Shown: piece after piece, positions 43,353 through 64,000 of the stretch
How the letters are laid out: each line of letters begins with the position of its first letter
How positions within the stretch are numbered: the first letter of the stretch is position 1
Origin: the human T2T-CHM13v2.0 reference genome, Homo sapiens
Reading direction: 5' to 3' (one strand)
Length of the DNA stretch: 64,000 nt
NCBI RefSeq assembly: GCF_009914755.1
Contig: NC_060933.1
Notes under the pieces: generated by a model
Database searches by the model: none
What the model saw: the letters and a program-made list of their open reading frames with translations, nothing else
What the model was told of the DNA's origin: nothing
Position numbers and translations under genes: made by a program

Positions 43353-45756
43353 CGAGACAGGGTCTTACTCTATCACCCAGGCTGGAGTGCAGCGGTGTGA
43401 GCCTGGCTCACTGCAGACTTAACCTCCCAGGTTCTATTTATAGCTTTCTTGAAATCAACTTTAAGTCAATTCATTTTTTTAAACTTAGCCTTTTCTAACC
43501 AATATTATTTGTGAAATCATGGGTTTAACATGCCAATCATATATTTTTTTTTCCAATGCACGGTAAATACATTTAGTCATTCATTCAAGAGATATTTAGG
43601 GCTGGGTGCAGTGGCTCGCACCTGTAATCCCAGCACTTCGGGAGGCTGAGGCGGGTGGATCACCTGAGGTCAGGAGTTCAAGGCCAGCCTGGCCAACATG
43701 GTGAAACCCTGTCTCTACTAAAAATACAAAAATCAGCCATGCATGGTGGCAGGTGCCTGTAATCCCAGCTACTCAGGAGGCTGAGGCAGGAGAATCGTTT
43801 GAACCCGGGAGGTGGAGGTTGGAGTGAGCCAAGATCATGTCACTGCACTCTAGCCTGGGTGACAGGAAGACATTCTGTCTCAAAAATATATAACAAATAT
43901 ACATTATAATGAATACATTCAAGTAGTCATGCATTCAGCAGCTACGGAGGGTGCCTTTTTATGTTAGAACAGCCTGGCACAGTTCTAAGCTCTTGAGCAC
44001 TTGTGCTGATCCCAGACCCCAGTTGCTCCCATGACTGAGAAGAGCGATGACTTAGGAAGTTCTGGGGTGTATTTACCGAGGACCCAAGTCGGGTGCACTC
44101 AATCCCAGGCCTGGCGCTGGAAGCTTTCTTCTACTCTTCATTTGCCTCCGTGCAGTGGGCAGGAGGGAAGTCAGAAGGCATGGAGGGACCTATGTTAGGG
44201 CCTGGCTTCTTGTGTTCGCTTTCTCATCTCATTCTCCCTTATAGGTGACTGCAGGAAAAATAGACTAAAGCCTGCCCTGTGGGTTTGGCTAGCGTGTATG
44301 TGTGTGTGTGTATGTGTGTGTGTGTATTCTCTTTCTTTCTCTTCCTTCATGTCCTCTTTCCAGGCACCCCCATGAGTAAATTGGCTCAGGGCAAGCCAGC
44401 CGCGCTCACACTTTTTTTTTTCCCTACAGGCCTTCATCCTTCTCCTAACATTGCTTTGGTCTCCAGGCCCATGCACTGCTAAGATCCCAAGATTCAGACT
44501 GGGGGATGGGAGTTGAGGAGATGCCACCTTTAGGCTGAGCTGGGAGCTTCTGTCCACCTTTATCAGACTTGATCAGACTGTGCACCCTGGGGTATCACCC
44601 TCTGCTTCAATTAACACAATGACTTCCCACCTTCGCATCCTCCTCCTTCAAGGGGGACTTGGCTCGGTCAATTATTTCCTTCACCTTTTGCATGTTCAGT
44701 GTTTTCCTTTCTTCCCGAGGCTTCCCCTCTGTGGACCAACATGTTCCTCCATGGCAAAAACAAAAACAACCAGCCCAAACCAGTTCTTTCTGCCCTCCTG
44801 CCCTCTGCAGGTCAGCGCTGCCTCCTCCCTCCCTTTCATGGCATTGAATGGTGAGAGTGCAATACCCTCAGTGGCGCCTAACAGTCAGCAGTGAGCGCTC
44901 AGGACCGTCACCCACCTCTGCGGCCGATGACCCTCTCTTTGGCTCTGGCCCCAGCCGGCCTTGCGCTGTTCCTTCTCACGGTTTTTCCTGGCTCATCTTC
45001 GTGCCCCCTCCCCTGAGGGTCCTGGAGGTCTGAGCCCTCTGGCCGCCTCTCCTCTCTCCTTGCACTCCTCCTCTCATGGAGCGACCCCGTCTGTGCCACC
45101 TTCTCACCTTCCATGTCACACACCTTCAGCCTTCACTGAGGAGAGAGCAGGGCTGCAGCATCGTGTTCCAGTCTCATCCCTCACGGAGCCGAGAACTAAA
45201 AATTGAAACAGAGAAACCTCCTGACAAGGCCGCTGGCAAGTTCAATGGGAACAACTCAGGTTTTCAGAAAGAAGTATGATCCCTGGAGCCAGCGGGTTCA
45301 AAAGAACGAAGAGATTTATCAAGAATGAGACATACCAGACCAGCTGCGTTGCTTTCCATTGACAGGAAGCAAATCAGCTGCTCAGGAAAAGGTCAAGCAT
45401 GGCACCTGGTCTCAGAGAGGTGTCCGTCAAAGGCTGTCATAACAGCCCTATGGACAAGAAGGAGACCTGGGCCAGGTGAGAATGATGCAAAACCATTTGT
45501 CCCAAGGAGTTGTGGATGGGACTTAGGGAAAGGAGGGGCTCCAGAGGCACTGTGACAGTGTCAGAGTGACTACAGGCTCCTCAGGAGATGTTGAGGGAAA
45601 AGAAAGGGCTGGGACGTGCCCTAAGACTTCTGTGCGCAGGCACTGGTCCCCTCTGCTGATTCAGGGCTCCCCTAAAACAGCCACCCTCATCACGAGTATG
45701 GTACCAGGCAGTGGCAAAACCTGTTCAACATCAGCAGGGCCGGGCGCAGTGGCTCA

Positions 45757-46032
<276 letters not shown>

Positions 46033-46517
46033 TCAGAAAGCCCCCGGCTTTCCTGTTCAGCAAGCAGGCGCCCTGCAGAGTGAAGGATGCTTTCCCAGAG
46101 CCACCCTCAAGTGCTGCTGGAGGCCCAGATTCCTTCAAATGACCTGGGCAGCCCTGCCGGAATGCAGTGTGACAACAGAAACAAGTTGGCTGCTTGGGGA
46201 AACCATGCGGGCATCCCCAGGGTCTGATTTGGTAACCGCAGATATTCTTTGATAAATTGTAGAACCATTAGGCACTGGTCTGGGCAGTATGTGTATGGAT
46301 GGGGAATCTGTTTATGAGAATATAAAATAAAACGTGCAAACACAGGAGAAGTAGAAGATACAGGTGGCAGGGGTAGAGTGAGAACTGAAGTCAGGACTGG
46401 GGAGCTGGAGGAGGAAATCAGGCCTGAAGAAACTTTGTGGCTGAAGCCAGCAAATCTTGTATATATAGGATCTCCATGAACTGTCCTAAAATTTCCAAGA
46501 GAAGGAGACATCCGTCA

Positions 46518-47226
<709 letters not shown>

Positions 47227-47864
47227 TCAAAAACAAAACAAAACAAAAAATACAAAGAAAAGAAAAGAAAAGCAGCTGGAGGCTGGGTGTGGTGGCTCAT
47301 ACCTATAATCCCAGCACTTTAGGAGGCCAGGGCAGGAGAATCGCTTGAGTCCAGGAGTTTGAAACCAGCTTGGGTGAAATCCCTTCTCTACAAAAACAAA
47401 CAGAAATTAGCCGGGTGTGGTGGTGCCCCAGGTCTCAGCTACTTGGTGGGGTGAGGCAGGAGGATCCCTTGAACCCAGGAGGCCAAGGCTGCAGTAAGCC
47501 GAGATTGTGCCCCTGCACTCCAGCCTGAGTGACAAAGTGAGACCCTGTCTCAAAAAAAGAAAAAGAAAAAAAAAAGCAGCCGGCACCTAGCTACCTTCCC
47601 ATCTCTCTTCTGTTATGGGGTGGGGGTTCAAAATCAAGACAAATAATTAAATAATTTAAATATTTTTTCCTCCAGATTTTCTTTTTCTTGACAATAAACT
47701 TATTTTTCATAAAATATATCAAGTATAGAGGCAAAAATAGAGAAAAATATAACAACCAATATTTTAAATATTAGCATTATGCTGGCTGAGCATGGCATCT
47801 CACACCTTTAATCTCAGCACTTTAGGAGGCCAAGACAGGAGAATCACTTGAGGCCAGGAGTTCA

Positions 47865-48023
<159 letters not shown>

Positions 48024-48082
48024 CTACCACACTCCAGTCTGAACAACAGAGCCAGATCCGTCTCAAAAAATAAAAAAGTTAG

Positions 48083-48259
<177 letters not shown>

Positions 48260-49087
48260 TGACACCATGCCTGGCTAATTTTTGTATTTTTAATAGAGAC
48301 AAGGCTTCACCATGTTGGCCAGTGTGGTCTCGAACTCCTGACCTCAAGTGATCTGCCTGCCTTGGCCTCCCAAAGTGCTGGTATTACAGGTGTGAGCCAC
48401 CACTCCTGGCTAGATCTTGTGTTTTAGATAGTATCACAGATACAGTGGAGGGACGTACTCTCTTTCTGTTTCTAAGAGGCTACCTCAGTTCTATCAGCTT
48501 CTAGTCACTCTTGCTGCCTTCTGGCCATGGAGTACAAATCCTTTTGAGAATCACAGTACATAGGTTTTTTTTTCTTTTATTCTTAAAGAGTTCATTTTGC
48601 CTGGTATGTACATAGGTCTTGATGTAGGAAGGCAGGCACTGAAGTGAATGCTAAATTCCCTCTCTTGCTCAGGAAGGGAAGCAGAGGGTGGAAGGTGGGT
48701 GTGTGAGGGAAGATCTGTTGCTAACTGAGGTCTAAAGAAACAAAGACGCCTTCAAGCTGTGCCTATGTAATTAAGCTGTGCCCAAGCACTGGCACCAGTT
48801 TTTCTTGTTTATGACTTTAATCTTGCTGGTTGTCCTTTCATTCACATGTTTACTGAATTGTCCACCCTTTTTATGATACGCCCTTTTAACCACCAGGGTT
48901 CATGAACCATTATTGTAATTTTCCACTTATGTGACTTGATCTGCAGTTGGGTGTTACCATACTTACTCAAATATTTCCTGTTTATTCCTGCAAAATTAGG
49001 ACAAAGATCTCAAAGATTTTCTGAGGAATAAGTGAGATAACGTCTGTGTATTTAGCACAGTAATTGGCAATATACAGTTCCTAGTAA

Positions 49088-49534
<447 letters not shown>

Positions 49535-49688
49535 TAGCCAGGATGGTCTCAATCTCCTGACCTTGTGATCTGCCCGACTCAGCCTCCCAAAGTGCTGGGA
49601 TTACAGGCGTGAGCCACCACGGCTCACACCTTTAATCCCAGCACTTTGGGAGGCTGAGACAGGCTGATCTCTTAAGGCCAGGAGTTCA

Positions 49689-49965
<277 letters not shown>

Positions 49966-50267
49966 TCAATTCAATTAATGAGGGCACTGGTAAGATGTTA
50001 AGATTATTTCAAAGGGAATTTGAGGAACAGAGAGGCAAAGAGAAAAGATAAAATGGTTTTGCAAATAGATGCAAAACTGGTTAATATCCTACAGTGCAAT
50101 AAAATGTAATGTTTGATGTTCTCTCTTCTGCAGAGGAGAAATCAATTGTATCTTTATCAGACAAAATTTATTTGCATTGCTATGGATAAGAATTTGCTTT
50201 ACCAAGCCAGGCGCGGTGGCTCACGCCTGTAACTCCAGCATTTTGGGAGGCTGAGGCCAGCAGATCA

Positions 50268-50536
<269 letters not shown>

Positions 50537-50998
50537 TTACAATTTTACTTCATTTCCTACAAAATTATAAAATAACCTAGTCAATAAGAAATCAGTTAAA
50601 TTGCACAACCCTATAAAATCCAAAAATTCCAGAAATTCCAATAGGCAGTAATAACAATTCCATTGAAAGGAAACCTGGTAATCTCCTTTGCCCATTTCCA
50701 TATCTTGGATAATTTTCTCTGGCAATTCTTACGCATTTAGGATGTGGTCTAGGAGGAAGCCTTGGAATTTTCTCACTCTGGATTGTGGAACCACAAAGTC
50801 AGCCTGGAGCTGCCTACATCTGGATACCTAGGCTCCTGTCAGAGCCAGTTTATTATTTCCAGTCACTCATTACTGGGATTCTCCTCTCCCTGGGGCGTTA
50901 TGAAGGTAAGGAGAGGGTTCTTGGGCAGTCAGTTTCAGCATTAACCGTTTTATTCCCACATTTGGCAATAGGGCTTGCCGTCCATTATTTATGGCCTC

Positions 50999-51391
50999 TG
51001 TCTTAATCTGTTCTGTGTTGCTATAACACGATACCACAGACTGGGAAATTTATGAAGAAAATCAATTTATTTCTCACAGTTCTGGAGTCTGGAAGTTCAA
51101 TATCAAAGTGCCAGCATCTGACAAGGGCCTTCTTGCTGAGACATCCCATGGCAGAAGCCAAAAGAGCAAGAGAGAGCGAGGGCAAGTGAGCAAAAGGAGG
51201 CCAAACTCACTTTTAAAACAGCCCACTCTAGAGATAACTAACCCACTCCCTCAAAAATGACATTAATCCATCAGGAGAGCAGAACGCTTATGACCTAATC
51301 ACCTTATTAGGCCCCACCTCCTAACACTGTTGCATTGGGGATTAAGTTTCCAACACATGAGTTTTGGAGAACACATTCTCAAACCATAGCA
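50999..51391. mobile_element. MST/MLT1A-type MaLR solo LTR
   Basis: Starts tgtcttaatctgttctgtgttgctataacacgataccacagactggg and ends aaaccatagca. Confidence 0.75.
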
Positions 51392-51521
51392 GCTTCCTTC
51401 CAAAACCTGTCTCAACTGCCCAAAGCCTTTTCCAGACTCTTCTTCTACTTGCAAACCCTCTATTCAAACCAAAGAAACAATTAATATAACCTTAAATTTA
51501 CAAAACCATGTGGTTTGTTAA

Positions 51522-51830
<309 letters not shown>

Positions 51831-52003
51831 TGAGCCACCGCGCCTGGCCATGCACAACCTTGAAACATCTCTTGTATCACATTTTTAACCTTGTCTATCA
51901 TTTTTTTGAGTGTTCTTATGTCTTGTGTTTTCAATGAAGTTGCACTTCTAGAATAGATATCAGAAATTTTTCTCCTCTACCACCACCCCATATTAGACGT
52001 TAG

Positions 52004-52239
<236 letters not shown>

Positions 52240-52830
52240 TGATTCGCCCTCCTTGGCCTCCCAAAGTGCTGGGATTACAGGTGCGAGCACCACACCCGGC
52301 CCTGATTTTTTTATATATATACAGATGGGGGTCTCATTATGTTGGCAAGGTTGGTCTTGAACTCCTGGCTTCAAACAATCCTCCAGCCTTGGTCTCTGAA
52401 AGTGCTGGGGTTACAGGCTTGAGCCACCATGCCTGGCGTAGGTGTTAGCTATTTTGTATTAAAGGGCTAGAAAAAACGGCTCAGAAAAAATCTTTGACTT
52501 CTCAATACCTTCACAATAGTGTGTAGACACTTAGCAGAGAGTCCAAGCTCCCCCTCAATATCTTCCACCTTCTTGTGCCAGGCCAAATGCTTACCCCCAA
52601 ACATTTCTTTTTGCATCTCTGTATCTACGCTCCCAACTTGGAATGCTCTTTTACTTTACTTTCAGGGCTTCATTCAAATGCTGCCTCTTCCATGAAGTCT
52701 TCCTTGATCCCTCTAATTAGAAGTTACCAAGTGACTTGCCTTGTCCTGTAAAGATCTGCAGTGAGATGACGCAGGACACAGGCATGGAGCCCGAATTCGC
52801 TTATTAGTTTTGTGATCTTTGGCGAGTTAT

Positions 52831-54001
<1,171 letters not shown>

Positions 54002-54235
54002 ATATTAAACCACTCTGTGCCTGAGTTTTCTAAAAAGAGTGCTACCCACTCACATCATAGGGTTTTTGTGACGATTAAATAAATTAATACATGTAAAGCA
54101 TTTAGAAGATGCCTAAAACATAGTGAGTGCCCAATAAAAGTTAGTTATTATTGTGGCCAGGCATGGTGGCTCACGCCTGTAATCCCAGAACTTTGGGAGG
54201 CCTAGGCGGGTGGATTACCTGAGGTTGGGAGTTCA

Positions 54236-54717
<482 letters not shown>

Positions 54718-56069
54718 TAACTTCAAAAACATTTCAGCATTCTAAACATACAAAAAAAAATGTTGCAAATCGTGTTTAAGTACAGGAGGTTCTTGAACTT
54801 TCATTGATGCAGTGGCTCTTCACTTTGCTGACAATGAAGAGTTCTACAGCTTGTTTAAAAACTACCCCACTTTACTCAAAAAAAAAAAAAAAAAAAACTT
54901 CTCATGCCAGCTGACCCCGCTTTGTCCACAACTAAGAAGGCAGCAGAATGCTATGTCACTATATACAGAAACAAGACGACCTAAAGCTAAATGGATGCCC
55001 ACTGCATAGTCAACAGGTCTAGCCTCACAGTGCACGCCCTGAGCTACAGCCCCTCCAAAAGGCATCTTCCCCACAGCCTCAACGCCGAGCAAGGAGCATC
55101 AAGAGTTTGTCTCGGTTGTTTTGTTCTTTTTACAAACTATAGAGATATACAGTTGATAACTCAGGATTTCTAGCCAATAACCATATAGTTAACACCACCT
55201 TACAAATAAAAAGAAAACGCCAGAAACATCTTTAAATGCCTTGTCACACCAACGGCAAAGTGCACAGAGTGAGGAGAACACGAGAGTGCCTTTTCATTTT
55301 AAAAATGTTTGGAAATATGTACAACTTTGGTGCAGTTTCAGGGTGCTCCAGACACCCATGGCCACTTCATGTAAACCACTGACAATTTCTAGAGCACTTT
55401 GAGAGACTACAATACGATCGTGATCAAATTTTGTAATTAAACCTAATGAGGGCAACAGACATTAAATAAGAGATGTGTCAGTTACGGCGCTCCCCTACTC
55501 TATGTATTCACAAGGAGACAGATAAACAGTTTCTTTGTTCATCCTCCTCGTCCTTCTCCTTCTCTTCTTCCTCCTCGTCTTCTTCATCTTCCTCTTCCAC
55601 CTTTTTCCGGGCAACTTTAGCAGGACGCTTTGCGCCATAAAACTTTCCTTTCAACTTACAGTCAACAACATCCTTCTCATACTTCTCCTTCAGCTTTGCC
55701 GCCTTAGTGACGTAAGGCTGCTTTTCACTGTCATTTAAGTTATTCCACATCTCACCCAACTTTTTTGCCACGTCTCCAATAGAGATGCCGGGGTTTGTGG
55801 ATTTGATCTTGGGGCGGAATTCTGAACAGAACAGGAAGAATCCAGATGGTGGCCTTTTGGGGGCATTAGGATCCTTCTTCTTGCCTCCCTTAGCTGGTCC
55901 ATAATCCTTCATTTCCCGATCATAGCACACTTCATCCGCCTTTGCCATTTCACCAAATTTAAATTTCTCTTTACTGGACATTGTCTTCCACCTCCCAGAG
56001 CATTTCTTGGAAAATTCTGCAAAATTGACAGGGACTTCTGGGTTTTTCTTCTTATGTTCTTCTCTGCAT

Positions 56070-56866
<797 letters not shown>

Positions 56867-56999
56867 GCATGTCTGCACAGAGAAGGCATAAGCAGACATC
56901 TTGCCCTGTGGTTTCTTGGGGTCACCTTTAGCCATCCTGACTGTATTGTTCACTAGTCTGGGTAGCGCAGGGCATGACGCGTGGCTCGGCGCTCCCTAG

Positions 57000-57173
<174 letters not shown>

Positions 57174-58041
57174 TGAGTAGCTGGGATTACAGGTGCCTGC
57201 CACCATGCCTGGCTAATTTTTGTATTTTTAGTAGAGACGAGGTTTCACCATGTTGATCAGGCTGGTCTTGAACTCTTGACCTCATGATCCACCCGCCTCG
57301 GCCTCCCAAAGTGCTGGGATTACAGGCATGAGCCACTGTGCCCAGTCTGGCTAATTTTTATATTTTCAGTAGAGACGAGGTTTCTTCATGTTGGCCAGGC
57401 TGATCTCAAACTCCTGACCTCAAATGATCTGCCCACCTTGGCCTCCCAAAGAGCTGGGATTACAGGCATAAGCCACTGTGCCTGGCCACTTTTTACTTTT
57501 TCTTTTGTTGTAGAGACAAGGTTTCATTAGGTTTTCCAGGCTGGTCTCGAACTCCTGGACTTAAGCGATCTTCCTGCCTTAGCCTCCCAAAGTGCTGGGA
57601 TTACAGACAGGAGCTACTGTGCCCAACCCTATTATACTTATAATAATTAGTTCATCCGTTTACATATATTTATACTCTTACACTAAGTTTATCAGTCTCA
57701 TATATATTTTATTCACTTTTTACGTTTCTGTCTCCTTCACTGAAGTAAGCTCCTTAAGGGATGTTTAGGGAACATTTGCGAATGAATGAACAAATTTAAG
57801 AATGAGTGAATGGGTAATTAGAGCCTTGGTTCTCAGTAAACAAATCTTAATAAAAAATCAGACTAGCTGGGTGCGGTGGCTCATGCCTGTAATCCCAGCA
57901 CTTTGGGAGGCTGAGGCGGGCAGATCACAAGTTCAGGAGTTTGAGACCAGCCTGGCCAACATAGTGAAACCCTGTTTCTACTAAAAATACAAAAAAATTT
58001 AGCCAGGCATGGTGGCATGCGCCTGTAGTCCCAGCTACTCA

Positions 58042-58536
<495 letters not shown>

Positions 58537-59206
58537 CTATGAAATGAGCTTTTATTTTGCAGGGTCAAGCAGCTGTTTGAAGTGTAATGTTTGGACAGGC
58601 CTGAAATCTACAGCACCAGGATTTTTCCTACATAAATCATCTTTGGTATATTTGTTTTCTGGGTGTTAAATCAAAATAGTAACTTGATAGTCAGTTTATT
58701 GTGCCTCCTAAAATTCACACAGATGGTTTTTGTCCCCCCCGCCATCAACGAAAGCCCTAAGCTGAAGAGTAGGTACATTATCACTAGCAAGTTATGTGAC
58801 CTTGAGCAAGTCACTTCTACAATATCGGGTTCGATTTCCTCATTTCAAACAGAAGGTGAGTTCATTTCCTGCTCTGTGTGGCTGCTTAGAGCCATTCCCA
58901 CTTCCTGCTGTGTTCTCCCCGGTATCACAGGAGCTGGCATCTGGGAGATGACAGTTCCTGTAGCTGCTCTTCAGGGCTCCAGTGCAGGTTCTGCCAATAA
59001 ACAGTGTATCTGCAAGATTAAGAGAGTGAGAGTAGAGAGGATTATGGCTTCTGGCAGCGGAAGGCAGGTGAGCAGACTTCAGCAGGCTTTGGAAAGAAGG
59101 TTTCAGCCACATGTTCCGGGTGTCTTCCTGCAAGGTGTTCACCTCAGTGCTGCAGGGAGCTGAGTTTGTTGGTAGTTCCTACACAGCTTGATTTTCTTAA
59201 CACTAA

Positions 59207-59344
<138 letters not shown>

Positions 59345-59514
59345 TGAGGTCAGGAGTTTGAGACCAGCCTAGCCAACGTGATAAAACCCTGTCTCTACAA
59401 AAGTACAAAAAAAATTAGCTGGGCATGATGGCGGGTGCCTGTAATCCCAGCTAATCTGGAGGCTGAGGCAGAAGAATCACTCCAGCCTGCGCAAGACAGC
59501 GAGACTCCATCTCA

Positions 59515-59808
<294 letters not shown>

Positions 59809-59920
59809 CTAAACAAAAAATAAAAAGGCCGGGCGCGGTGGCTCTCGGCTGTAATCCCAGCACTTTGGGAGGCCGAGGCGGGTGGATCACAAGGTTAGGA
59901 GATCGAGACCGTCCTGGCTA

Positions 59921-60142
<222 letters not shown>

Positions 60143-60195
60143 TTATTTTAAAAATAACTACAGATCCCTTATTTACACGGAAAGACTACCAACAT

Positions 60196-63769
<3,574 letters not shown>

Positions 63770-64000
63770 TAGCCAGGATGATCTCGATCTCCTGACCTCA
63801 TGATCTGCCAGCCTCAGCCTCCCAAAGTGCTGGGATTACAGGTGTGAGCCACCTCACCCGGCCTCTTTCATTTATGTATTTATGTTTGTATGTATGTATT
63901 ATTTTTGAGACAGAGTCTCGCTCTGTCATCCAGGCTGGAGCGCAGTGGTGCAATCTCGGCCCACGGCAACCTCCGCCTCCCGGGTTTGAACAATTCTCCT

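Noticed and set aside
42968-43498. 176-aa F/L/S-rich 'membrane' ORF, and similar ORFs at 63190-63772
   Set aside because: Translation of TC/TTTC low-complexity tracts.
44798-44925. Several CTCF-like motifs
   Set aside because: Only partial matches to the consensus; unsupported without ChIP data.

Overview
Primate, almost certainly human, genomic DNA covering the 5' end of GNE (UDP-GlcNAc 2-epimerase/ManNAc kinase, minus strand) and about 35 kb upstream. GNE parts: coding exon 2 (1201-1406, [12 protein letters not shown]...), a CpG-island non-coding first exon (donor at 10331) and the distal coding exon A1 (METYGYLQRESCFQGPH, donor at 28896). The rest is extremely Alu-dense (roughly 95-100 Alu copies or fragments by eye). 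It also holds a solo HERV-W LTR17, a nearly full-length Tigger1, MaLR/MER elements, old L1 pieces, a full-length HMGB3 retrocopy interrupted by a solo LTR15-like element, and two tailless small-RNA retropseudogenes (U4 5' part, tRNA-Thr(UGU) 5' half). The most unusual structure is in GNE intron 1: a ~1.1-kb patchwork insertion inside an AluJ, built from pieces copied from three nearby non-contiguous sites. One piece forms an inverted repeat that is 133/134 identical in its core, whereas the sibling pieces are only about 81-87% identical to their donors. Exon A1 is dual-coding and, when spliced to exon 2, creates a 113-aa out-of-frame ORF overlapping both GNE start codons. Almost all ORFs in the supplied track are Alu or low-complexity artefacts. 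All alignments were done by eye; repeat subfamily names are from memory of consensus sequences.
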